Assembly (NCBI GenBank): GCA_043228905.1 | Contig: JBHGNT010000008.1 | Location: 21,886,001-21,950,000, forward strand | Length of the DNA: 64,000 bases | Direction: 5' to 3' | DNA from: Azolla caroliniana | Taxonomy: Eukaryota > Plantae > Polypodiophyta | In this document: positions 1 to 12,669 of the stretch, one piece after another | Numbering within the stretch: position 1 is the stretch's first letter | How the letters are laid out: the number at the start of each line of letters is the position of its first letter | The notes under the pieces: model-generated | Told to the model about the DNA's origin: nothing | The model's input: only the letters and a program-made list of their open reading frames with translations | Databases searched by the model: none | Made by a program: the position numbers and the translations under genes

Positions 1-264
1 GAAACGTCTGACTCACAAATTCTGATAACGATATATATATATACTGCTGACTTAAATTTGGCAACTTACAACTGAAAGTATTACATATAAGGTCGCCATT
101 AAAGCTGTGTATTGAAAACAAAAAGCAGGTCTGCTGCCATTCCGCGTCTCCCTCAAAGAAGACGACCTAATCCGCAACGGAACACTTCAAATAGAAAATC
201 ACTGGCTCCCAAACCTGCTAAATATTAACTTTCCATTACACCTGTGTGTAGAGCAGACACGTAC

Positions 265-1300
265 CGTTTCTGAATACATGCTGTTAAGGAAGGCTCTGTG
301 AATAAGCATTCCATTCGCTACAACTGATTTCTCTTCTACTTTTTTCCTTTTGAGCTCAAGAATTAGATGATAATTTTTAACCTTTACTTCCCTGCGCCTC
401 GGCGAACAAATTACTGAGCTCTATGAGCAGAGATGTGTGCCAAGGTTTTCAATGCTAGGGAATGAGACAAATTAGTGATCGGATCATAGGAGACAACTTG
501 GCATATTCCTACTAAGCTTTTCCATAGGGAAGATAGCGACAAATTAAATGAGGAGAAGAAAGCACTGAGTGCAGAAACCTACCGGGGCTAGCATTTGGCG
601 TTATCCGGGCTCCTTTCAGTAGAATCAGAATTTATTGTCGAGAGAGGAGATGCACTTGGGCTATATAATTTCATATAAAACAATCGAATTTACTGAGGTA
701 ACTTAGCGGTAGACATGGAGATGAACTGAAATTGGAGTGCAAAAAAGCCATTCTTTGGTTCATAGAATCATATGGATTTTTTTTACCAACAGGCATGATT
801 ATAGATAGACCTTACGCCATAGCCGCTAGTGTTGGTCTGCGAAACGAGGTGTAGTACTGTAGCTTGACGATAGGGTGGAAAGGTGAGCTGAACTATTATT
901 CAATATTGAGCTTCGCAGTGGATGAAAAAGGGAGGATAATTCGACGTCTGATGATCTGAGAATGGCTACGATAACGAGGGAGGAGAGAGAGAGGAGACTG
1001 ATTGTCCATTTATAAAAAGAAAGGACTGATGGCTCTGCAGAGCGCAACAGGAGACGTGTGGAAGTGATGGGATCGAAATCAGAAGAAGCAGCAAAAAAAT
1101 AAAAACAAAGGGGAGGAGCGGAAAGAAAAAAGAAGCTAGAAAATCGAAGCGCCACAGAAACGCCAGCTATGGCGATGGTGATCTGCAGGCTATACACGGA
1201 GTTCTGCGAAGAGAGAGACAGAGAGATTGAGAGAGAGAGAGAACTTGAGCTAGAGCTATGGCTATGGCGTGTGTCGGAGTGAAAGCACAGTCTGTTGCCC
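265..1300 (-). other. Probable spliced 5' leader (5'UTR exons with short uORFs) of a gene continuing beyond the left edge
   Basis: The minus strand has a CT-rich leader (GA tract 1210-1241) and a donor at about 815 (ATGGC|GTAAGG). Candidate exons are 660-583 (atatag|...ccccg|gtaggt) and 295-265 (tcacag|...aaacg|gtacgt). No long coding frame is visible, so the product is unknown. Confidence 0.4.
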
Positions 1301-1514
1301 TGTCTCCTGCATTCTCGAAAAAAGACGAGAGAAACTTCCTGTTCGGGAAGACGATGACGTGGATGCTTCCATTGCCGTCAGATCATTGCGCCGGCAACCA
1401 ACGGTTCAGAAGCCCCCCTCCTTCTTTCTGCTCACAATCGGTCCGTACCCTCCCCGCATCCCGCCCATCGCGCTCCGCCCGTCCGATTCCCGAAATCCGA
1501 CGGTAGCCGTCCCA

Positions 1515-1524
1515 GCCACGTGGC
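1515..1524. promoter_or_regulatory. Perfect palindromic G-box GCCACGTGGC in a GC-rich promoter-like region
   Basis: Seen directly. Further CACGTG cores lie near 1582 and 2055, upstream of the minus-strand leader. G-boxes are established bZIP/bHLH sites; function here is inferred. Confidence 0.45.
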
Positions 1525-4073
1525 CCAATTCTGAAAGACCGCTCCACATCTCCATCGACGGCCCAGATTCGTTCTCGGGCCCACGTGATCGGACGGTTCG
1601 CAAGAGACATGACGGTACGCACGCCACGAGATGGAGGGCTGTGGAATCACGAGATGGGGGGCATCCATCCGATCGGACGGCTGAGATTGGATCGCGGGGG
1701 CTGAAGAATTCGTCGGGGTGCAGACAGAAAAAAGGAACGGTGGAGATGAGGCGCCAGCGCCGCCGCGTGGACGGCTGCGATGCATTGACAGCCGCCTGGG
1801 CCTGGGGGCTTTGGAAATGAAGAAGAAGAAGAAGAGGCGAGTGGGGCTGTCTGTCTGTCTGTCTGTGTTATGTGTTTTTTTTTTTGTTCGTGGGAATTTG
1901 GGCGGGAGATGTTTCCGTGTTGGGCGGCCAGTTGGAAGGAGTGCACCTGCCTTTGTCCGGACAAAGACACGAGAGCCAATGTGGAACACTGGTCAATTGA
2001 GTGAGTGGTTTCTAAGGGGTGGGGGCCAAAACCAGACAAACCTAAGGTTTTGTCACGTGAATCCCTTCCTTTGCTTATTCACACACACACACACACTAGC
2101 TCTTGTTTTGGATAGCCCCCCATTGCTGAGTTTAGCATCTTCCTGCTAAAACAAGCAATGGGGCCAATCCAAAAGAAATTGCACTAAACCTTTAGTAAAT
2201 TTAGAAATGCACTAAACCTTTTGCAAGTCACCTATATAGTTAATAACTATTGCAAATTAACAAACCACCTACGGCTCAAGCACATGTGAAGGTGGAAAAC
2301 CGAAATATATTCCCCAAGATATGAAACCCCCTAAGGATTGTATAAATCATCAACATCTAATCTTGTTTTGTAAAACGAAGCATGAAGAGATAGATATGTA
2401 TTCATAGAATCTTGAGGTCCTTACATGGAAAGTCCTAAAAGGCGAGGCGTGATGAAGACCAAAATCACTCACTCATTGGTGGCAAAAAGAGATCCACTAG
2501 TGGTGCATCTCAACAATGAATTGTAGCTTGCTCTTGATTGCACTACAAATTTCCACGATTAAATGTCGATCAGGTCCCCCTAACACAAAAGCAACCCAGT
2601 TTTACACTACATGTCATGGGGGACATGTTGGTGAATTGCTCACATTGTGTTAAAATGTAGAATGCTATACTTCTATGGAAATGCAAATTTAGTGGTTTCC
2701 AATATCTAGTTTGGATGCTTTAGGTGCAACATACTTGTCCAACAACGCAATTCTTTAAGGGGTACACAAAACAAAGAACTCCATTCCTCGTATTTACAAA
2801 CTTAAAATTTCTAGAAGTTTCCATGTTCCTTGCGAGGAAGCTCGATATTAATCATGAAACCTCGAACGCGCTATAAAATGTCATTTAATCAAAATTAGTT
2901 CATCGCACTCATTCCTATTGTGTTCTCTTCAAAGAATTACAAGAGGAGCCTCTCCATAATGATTGTCTCAACCTAGTTTTCGTAATGAGCTTTGTAATTA
3001 TAGTGTAAGTAGTGGAAACTATGAGAGTGTTACTATTTTCTTTCCTACGGTGAGCATTTCCCAATGAGCTCGATTTGTATTACATTTACTACTTAATGTA
3101 ATTCGAGTACATGTGAGGGATGAAATTTTGCTTTGTAATGATTTCAAGCAATTGAAAAAATCATAATGGATGCACCATTAAGTTTTTCTCTCTATGAAGA
3201 TGAAGAAAACGAGGAGTCTTCTTCTGACAATTGCCCTTTTTTCGTGTGGAATGCCACTTCTAAATACATTGTGCCTCCCTTGTGCAAACATTGAATCATG
3301 TCACGTAAATGCTTAGACCAAACTAAGCACGCATTCCCTACATGCTACTACAAACAATATCCTCGAACTTGCATCTCAACAACGGATACTAACACTTCAT
3401 ACAATGCCATTGTTTTTCTCTATTCTTCCTTTGATGATAAAAAATATTAAAGTGTGCATGGGTAGGACTCGCACATTACAGGCCGTTGCCTCCCATGTAT
3501 TCAATATATCATCATCTCTTGAGTTTGAGGACATGTGCCATCTGAACAATCCCTAATAAAACAGGAGATAAGTACAATATTTGTGAGCAAACTCTGTTTT
3601 ATGTAATTGCATATTCAAGTTCAATAATTCAGCAAGACGGTGCAACAAAATAGAGGAAATTGTAGACACAACATATATGCTATTATGTAGGGGTTAGAGT
3701 ACAACCTTTGTATTAAATGATGGAAACAAACTTATGGAATGCCCAAATAGTGAAATTTTGAAACAAGCTTGCTTATTCACTTTAGTTTTACTCTCCCTAG
3801 TTATTATGCCAATGTAAAATTGCTACACTTGCAAGGCAAAAAAGAGCAACATTTGGTTCAAATTGTCACATTGGCCCACTATAGATGTACATATATATCA
3901 TTAAGATCATCATCTTAGTCACAATATATCAAATGCACTCTTTGCATATATTTATGTTTTATGGTTGTTGTCTACATATCTCAACATATTTTTTGGTTCT
4001 TGATTATTGTGCAATGTCTTGGTTGCAATCAATTACACTATCACTTCTACCTTTTTAGGGTTGGTACCTCCAA

Positions 4074-4587
4074 TGTTAAGGGGTTAGGGTTGATGACGAT
4101 GATGAAGCTGTAATGGCGGAATAGGGTTGTGATGGCGATATTGATAAGCATTGCGAGGTGGGGATGTAGGTTTAGGTTTAGGGTTGATGATAATGGTGAT
4201 AACGATAGGAATTGGGTTAGCGATGATGATGCTAGTGGGGTGAACAATGTGATGGTGAGATTTATAAGCATTGCGGGGTGGGGGTGGTGCCTACAATCGC
4301 TTCACCCTCCTCGCAAGGGGGTTTAACATGAGAGAGGGAGAGAGAAGAGAAAAAGGTGTCAAAGAGAGAGAGAACTTATTCATTGTTTCATTCATTCCCC
4401 ATAAGGGGGTTAAATAGTTACAAGAGCCCCCTTGGCCATTCAAATTTCACACTAATCACTCACTCATACCTCTTATTATCTGTCCACTCACACTCATAAT
4501 CGTATACATACACATACATACAACAACATTAAGTCTCTTCGCCCTCACTCATCACACTCAACTCTCCATACATCTTGTGTGGTAACA
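4074..4587. mobile_element. Solo LTR (514 bp)
   Basis: Termini are TGTTA...TAACA, flanked by the 5-bp direct repeat TCCAA (4069-4073 and 4588-4592). Internal GGGTTA/GATGAT low-complexity repeats. Confidence 0.8.
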
Positions 4588-5699
4588 TCCAATACTAGAG
4601 ATTACAATATAAAGAGGATAAAATGAGCTTATGTTCTCCTTAGTGAATAAACATGGATACGAAGATGGTTTAAAGCATCAAATCCTTATATCACTGAATT
4701 AAGATCGCCATTTAGACACAAGCTTACAAAGTAAAAGAACTATAATTTTAATGCCCACAATTTGTTAATCTCAAAAATCAAATGAACACGTTGATGTTGC
4801 ACCAAGGGCGCCTTACTTCTTTGTTCTTCATTCTAATTTTTAAAAAATGAGGCCGATAGTTAGATAATAACATATCATACATTGTAGGTCCCACATGTGA
4901 AAAGCACCTACTCGAGTAATTCATGTTGATTAATTACCTATGCATTTTTGAGCCCCGTTTGAAGTTCCTTCAAAGGAAAACCAACCACAATTTACACGTG
5001 AAAATAATTACATTAAATGTATGTAATGTGTATTTAACAAATAGATAAGCCACAATCAAACATGATTAATAATGTAGATAATAGAAATAGCTCATCTAGT
5101 TATTTATTTTTTTCCCATAAAAATTATCCTCCATTAGTATTAAGATTAAAATAGCCAAAGGCAAGATACAAAATAATCCAACATTACAATGAATAATGTG
5201 TAGCCAATCTTTCTAGATAAAGATAAAGGCAAGATACAAGATAATATCAGTGAAGCTCATCTAGTTATCTGCTCATGTTGAAAGTTGAAACAATATAATT
5301 TGTAGAGGGAATTAACTTTAATGCACTATTGATATCCACTAGATTAAAAACATGTGATTCAAGTTAACAATATGCTCATTCTAATTAATCATCTCCTCTA
5401 TTTGGTATCACGTGAACTTACTTATAATAACACAACAATGAACACTTATGATATGAGGAATTATATCACTGAGAAAGGTAATCTTTTGTTTCAACACACA
5501 ATTGTTTATTGGACATTCCCATGAGATAAATAAGTTATTCACATGACATCATGTGTTTTAACAATGGAAATTCTGAATAATCCATAAAATAAGACACATC
5601 CATTTTTTGTCAATCATGTGGGAGTGAGGGTCACATGTTTATCCAATTGATGCAAATAGAGCTTAGTCATTAGTTTTGCAAGCTTTGAAGTGGGTGTGC

Positions 5700-6720
5700 C
5701 AAATGTTTCACCCTACAAATCTTCCAATTTGGAAGGCGAGACATTGGTCACTGAGTTTATGGATTTGCCTAACTCTTTAAGGAATGTCCAAAAAGTTCGT
5801 ATAACTCAATATTGAACAAGGGTGGCAATGACCAATGTCATCGAGGGGAAGAACATATCATTACTATACTTGTTTGAACCTTGTGGTAGTGATGTAGTGA
5901 TATGCATGCCCTACATGGACTTTCAACATTGGGTACCATACTGGGATGAGACATGCTAAGCTTCTTATTTGAATTGCATGACCCACGACATGAACATTGC
6001 CTCTTGATTAGAACCCAATAATCTTGCAAAAACAGTTTCCTTACTCATAGTAGGAGCATTGAGTATTGGTCAAGGCTCAATGAGCCACGTACATTTAAAA
6101 CGCAAGCAAAGAAATTCATTCCCAAATAAAGCAAAGAGACCACATCAAACATAGTGGGAGATAATATTACTATAACTTTCCAACAACTAGTTTCCACTTG
6201 AAATTGTGTTAGCGTGGTGTGAGAGGTGTGATTTCTTGAATATGTGAGTATTGTAAGATCCATACATGTGGATTAGGTGTTGGCTAGCACACAAGCACAT
6301 GTAAGGGAAGTATAAGTATGCTTGCTAGAAAGAATGACATATGCATACACACACACACACATTAACATCATATATTGATTCTCTAGGTAAAGCAATATGT
6401 GTAGAGCCAAAACATGTCCATTTCAAAGTTGTAGGGAAGGCATCATATTATGTTTCCAAATATATTGGGCCATGGAAGCGTAAAGATATATTCAACGACA
6501 ACAATGTGAGGACCACAGTGACATGGATCATGGATGTACAAATATCACCGCATTTGTAAGCATTCATTCCCATAGCAAGCGTATAAATGTCAATGCTACC
6601 TTTGAGTTGGGTACCCACATACATTGGATATAGGATATGTATTGGATGGTTGGGAGATGAAAATGTTTCACATCCCTCAACTAGTACCACATGGGCATTG
6701 TGGTCCACATATTGATGATG
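5700..6720 (-). mobile_element. Possible highly degenerate Ty3/Gypsy pol relic
   Basis: Only faint motif traces, such as FQVETS resembling RNase H 'FxVETDAS', in broken frames. Confidence 0.25.
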
Positions 6721-7777
6721 CGGGCCATTATAAAAAGGATATGGGATAATGAAGAGCTACTAGGATGAAGGGAATGATTGTCTTTTTTAATTGTGAACTA
6801 AAAATAAAGAGAACGGAGGAGGTACGAGTTGATGACCATTATCGACAAGAGTAACAAGAGTTCGAGTTCATTATGAACTGTAATAAATGCAAGAGATAAA
6901 ATCGAAACAGAAAAACAATGATATCTTATCTCCGACCCTTCTAATCAAGTATGGTTCAAGATATGGTGCAGTTTGTCCCGCTTCCTAGAAATCTACGCAA
7001 AAGTTCCGGATCATGCGAGGCCAACTAGGCCCATACTTTGCGATCATCAGATTCACACGACCTACAAATACAATCACGTTTGTGGCATAGAACGAAGATA
7101 AGATATCTGTAGCGTAGTCGTACGATGTCTCGGTCGGACATTCTAGGCGATACGGGGTGGGTCCCTTCATCGAACCATGGCACATCCCTCGCCCATGATT
7201 GGTAGTTTCTAGATCCAGGCATTTCTAGGGCTTGCACAGGCAACACGGGACAAGGGTCCTTTAATTGTAAGGTGGCATCACGTGCCCGCCCCTCACATGT
7301 GCATTGCCAGTTTCACGAGCCCCGACGTGTATGTGGGACCGACCTAGTTTTGCAATATGAATCGGGCAATATCCGATCCTATCTCGGTGTTAGTTGTGAC
7401 CAAATCAAAGAGGCGCCCGGGAGCGCACGAGATCAACATCATATCGCGGGGCAATGAATGGTCTTTTTGGGCCAGGTCCGTTTCACACTTGATGCACCGG
7501 AATATGAGATGTCCGGACAAGTGTGAAACCGGACAATCGCCTTCCTCTTTTCCTCTTCCCAATTCTCTCATGTTCATGATGATTCTCAGGTGTTAACACC
7601 ATACCAATGAACAGCTGGAGCGTAGACCAATCCGTCTCAGTTTATCCCCTCTCTATTCGATTTTATTAATCTCATCCTTAACCTTCCTTAATCATTCTTT
7701 AATTACATTGAAGTCAGTGGCTTAATCGCATCACTCATCTCACTATTCATCTGTAAGCTAATAACAGCTCAACAATA

Positions 7778-10700
7778 ATGAGTCCAATTCCTCCCAATTT
7801 GTCGCTATCTATTGCGATTTTGTTGATTTTATGGCTTTTCTCCGCCGATTCAGTTCATGGGATTTCGTCAATACATCGTAATTTAATTGAAAATGGGCTC
7901 GGAAGGACGCCTCCCATGGGGTAAGATTACCCTCTCAATTGCGTTAAAATTGATGTCTTATGGCTCAATTTGTATTGATATATACTCTTCTTACGGTTGA
8001 TTTCCATCCATAAAACCATGAATATTGTCTCATTTAACTGAGAAGATGAAAAGCTTAAGCTCTGGTGATTAGCGTGATGGTTATGGCACCTATTCTCTGC
8101 AATTGGCACCAAGCAAGGTTAAAGCAAATTATTCTAAGCTGATCAACGCTAATTGGGGTTGATAGTTCAGCCTAGTTACCCTAGGTTTGATTACGGCTAT
8201 GTATTATAGGTTAATTAAGGTAGATAATTAAGTCTGGTTATTTTAATGGATTGAGGTTAATTAAAGTCGAATATTAAGCTTAATGATCCTGGTTAACGTT
8301 AATTAAGGTTGGATCTTAAGGCTGAATTTCCTAGGTCGATAAAGGTTCATGATCAAGACTCATTATCCTAGGTTGATTAAGGTTATCAAGATTGATTATT
8401 AGGCCAATTAAGTTTGATAATTACGGATCATTATCTCGGGCTGATTAAGGTTAAATAAGGTTGGTGATTAAGACCAATTGTCTCAGTTTGATCAAGGTTA
8501 ATTATAGCTGATGATTGAAGCAATTTGTCCTGGATTGACTAAGGTCAATTAAGATTGATGATCGAGACTAATTATTGTAGGCTGATTAAGGTCGATGATC
8601 AATGCCAAATATTGTAGGCTGTTTAAGGTTAATTAAAGCTGATGATTGATGCTAACTATCATAGGTTCATTAAGCCTAATTACCCTATGTTCATTAAGGT
8701 TAAGTGAGCTTGAGAAAAGTTGGTTAAGGTTGATTAGTGATAACTAAGATTGATAAAGGTTAAGTAAACCTGTTTAAGGTTAATTATAGTTGATGATTGA
8801 TGCTAACTTTCATGGGTTGATTAAGTCTAATTACCGAAGGTTGATCAAGGTTAAGCGAGCTTGAGAAAAGTTGGTTAAGGTTGATCATGGTTAACTGAGC
8901 TTGAGAAAAGTTGGTTAAGGTTGATTAATGATAATTAAGATTGATAAAGGTTAGTAAGCCTGTTTAAGGTTAATTATAGTTTATGATTGATGCTAACTAT
9001 CATAGGTTGATTGCCCTAGTTGATCAAAGTCAAGTGAGCTAGAGAAAAGTTGGTTAAGCTTGATCAAGGTTAAGTGAGGTAGAGAGAGGTTGGTTAAGCT
9101 TGATTAAATTTAAGTGAGCTTGAGAAAAGTTGATGGAAGTTGATGAATGATAATTGAGCTTCATTAAGGTTAATTAAGGTTAAGTAAGGTTGATTTCCAG
9201 GTGGAATAGCTGGAATCATTATGGTTGCAAAATCAATGAAAGCATCGTTAGAAGCACAGGTATGGTAATTGCACATCATACATAATTGTGAATTAGTCAG
9301 TCCACTTAATGCCCATGAATGTTGTATTGATTATATGCATTCTATTATTCTTTGCTTAATGTTAACCATGAATTAAGTACGGTGGTTTAAGAAGATTTAA
9401 TCATGGGTTCATATGTCTTTCACTAACATTGACATCAATGAGACTTGGAATGTGTTCGATCATCTCTTGCAGTGGATGCAATGGTGTCGAGTGGCTTGGC
9501 TTCGTTGGGCTACACTTACATTAACATTGGTAAGAGTTTCTAATTATCACCAAATCCTTTCATCGATTCATAAACACTTATGATTGCCACACTCATCTCT
9601 CATCTCTATTCCCGATCCTCGCTAAAGGTTGTCAATTATATAATCCTCCCCCGATAGATTATATTTGTTTGCTTTAATTAGCTTTTGTATAGATTTCGAG
9701 TGACAATGGGAGGGGCAAAATGATGGGAGGCATTCATTAGTTTTAATTTGGCTACCCTTAATAACACCAAGAGGTCAAATGCATCCATGCTAGAGTAAGG
9801 TATGCAAAGATGATGTTACGACCATTTGTCATAAAACATGGCTATCATATCATATAGTCGGAATGCCACTTAAAATACACAGTATATTGGCGTGGCCAAG
9901 ATGTATCGATGGGTGTGAGGTGTGAATGTATGAGGTGATAGAAAAGTCCATAAACATTGTTGATATGTGTGGAGGCAATTTAAGCCATGACGATTCATCA
10001 TGGTAGACCATGCATATTGCATGGTAGGATGGACATTTGGGCAATCCTCCTAGGCTTATTGGTATGTTGTGTAAGTAGAGTAGACCTCTTGGGTTCAAAA
10101 GCTTTGATGTTTTTTTGTCCTCCCCACTCACATATTGAAAACAAATACAATGATCCTTGGACTTGATGACATGAATCGATAAAACATCAAATATGTCAGA
10201 AATGGATGGCTATGATGTCCTATACTTTTGATTCCCAATTGTAATGGCCTTAAAATGATACATATTTGGAGACTTGGATCTTGGGTTCATCCCTATCTCT
10301 TGATAGGATTAGGGTAGAATCATACCCCAATCCGAGGCTTGAAAATCGATTATTGCATCATTCAAACATAACCCTTGTTCTTGTAAGACCTATGTATTGG
10401 GAGTTATGATAACACATTTGGCATCAACATAGACCCCACACAACAAAAGTTTGAAGCCCGCCATTTTTCCATTGAGTCGATTAGAATTTAGTATTTTAAG
10501 AACGATTTCATTTATAGGTTGGAGTTTATTGGTGCTGTATAAATGTATTTACAAACTCGATGTTAGTATCTCAATTGAGGTTGTTGGTTCGTCGAGTAAT
10601 GTGTTTCTTACTTCAAGTTTTAACTCGGAAATTATGTTGATTTTAGATGATTGTTGGGCTGAGATGGAGCGAGATGAACATGTAAGCTCTTTCTTGAACC

Positions 10701-12601
10701 CATTATCTCAATATGTGATGGATTATAGTAACGCTTAACATTAGACAAAGATATTTACTACTTATTTCCGCGTAATTTCATCATGTTATGTATGGCAAAC
10801 GTAGGGCTTGTGAAACCACAAAACTTAGTACATTTCGAGGTGAAATTAAAAAATCTCGGCATACTGATCGATTGTTTTCAAAGACCGCAATTCATGTGAG
10901 CTTTGCCTTAAACTCTCGACAAGCTATGATGTTAGACATGCCTTTGTGTGAGCTATAATCTTTTCTTTAAAGGAACAAGTACACATTTGTGTTATCGAGA
11001 ACCAACAAGACATTACGTGCATTGCACAATGTGTGACATTATTAGTCCATCTCTTTATAAAAACCACAACGAACAATCAAGTTCTTCATAATAATAATAA
11101 ATGGTAGCGAAATTTTCATCCTCAAACATATAGGCTCGTCGCTTCACGTTAACTTTCCTAACAAGGTTTCTCAAAATGCTTGATTGCCTATTTTGGGAGG
11201 CAAACGATGGTCCACCCACTACATATATGTATTAAAGGAGAGGATACATGTAATATATTTGTTTATGCATAATTTCTATTGCGTATATATTCTTCTTTCA
11301 AGTTTCACTTTTGTTGCTTTACAAAAAATGAAGGTTTCAAGTGATCATTTGAACTGAAATATCTATTTCAAGAATGATAACGATGCTACTTTAAGGCTTC
11401 TAGATGGCTTGATAATGAGATTTGCCCTAGGTAGACATTGCAAGTTTTATTTGTTGGCAATCACTCTCATCAATTATGAGCAACTATTTTTCTTAAAGAA
11501 ACGAATGAAACCCATCTTTGTTACTTGCAAGTATCAAAGATGAAATAGACACCAAAACAATAAGGTAAACTTTTTCAATGATGTTGTCATCAAACAAAAT
11601 TCATATTCCATATAGGGGGAGAGTATCCGATCAAACTTGAGTTCTACTCAAATTGTTCACTTTTTTACATCATCACTGTAATAATAAATTACTAGGATGA
11701 AGACTTACAGTATCTTGTTTCACGTTCCATACGGTGATCCTATGAAAGAATACATTGAATTTGAATTGGTTTTTCACATGGGGCTGATAATCTGAGCATT
11801 AAGTTGGCAATAAATATGACCTTTTGAGTGACGTGAACCCACTTGTCGTTGACCCATTATAAATGCATTGAATCCCCTTGCTCTCTATTTAAGGGAATTT
11901 TCTCAAGTCGTCAAACGTCGCATGTTTTTTGTCTCACTCGACAATCATAAAGGCAAATGGAGTCATGTTAAACATTAACATTCAATATTCGTAATGTCGG
12001 GCTTAGTTTCTATACAAAGAGAAGTTAAACTTCTTACAAAATTTAAACAATTCTATATAATCCAATGGCAAATCTTAAGCTTGTTCCCGAGTCAAATGGA
12101 ATCAAATAGCCAAATTTTTGAAATATAAGAATAGGATTACAAATCTTGCATTATATTATACTAGTGGTAGTTAGCTTACAATTGTGACATTATTATTAAC
12201 CCTATGCCTTGGGTTCCAAACCAATCTTTCACACCTCTTTATTACCACATACATGTTTTCTTAATTAACTAGATGCCATCGTGATGCTAGACAACCCCTT
12301 ACTCCCTAGATAAGATGCTACATTATTAGACCTAGGCATTGGGTTCGAGACCAAACTTTCACGCCTCTCTATTACTCCATGCATATTTCTCTTAATTAAC
12401 TAGATGCCATTGTGTCGCCACACAACATTACCAAGTGAAGTACATCTTGGGCACACACACAATCTCTATCACGAGCCCTAGGTTTCGGGGCTTGAGACCA
12501 AACTTTCCCACCTCTCCATTACTCTTAATTACATAACTAGATGTCGATTTGTGTTAGACAACCTTATCAACTTAGCTACACCATGGGTGCGCGCGCACAC
12601 A

Positions 12602-12669
<68 letters not shown>

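Noticed and set aside
826-2149. Overlapping 120-185-aa ORFs
   Set aside because: GC-rich promoter/leader sequence with no recognisable domain; open on both strands, as expected from composition.
6790-7600. GC-rich block upstream of AGAL as a solo LTR
   Set aside because: I could not find TG..CA ends with a matching TSD, so it is left unannotated.
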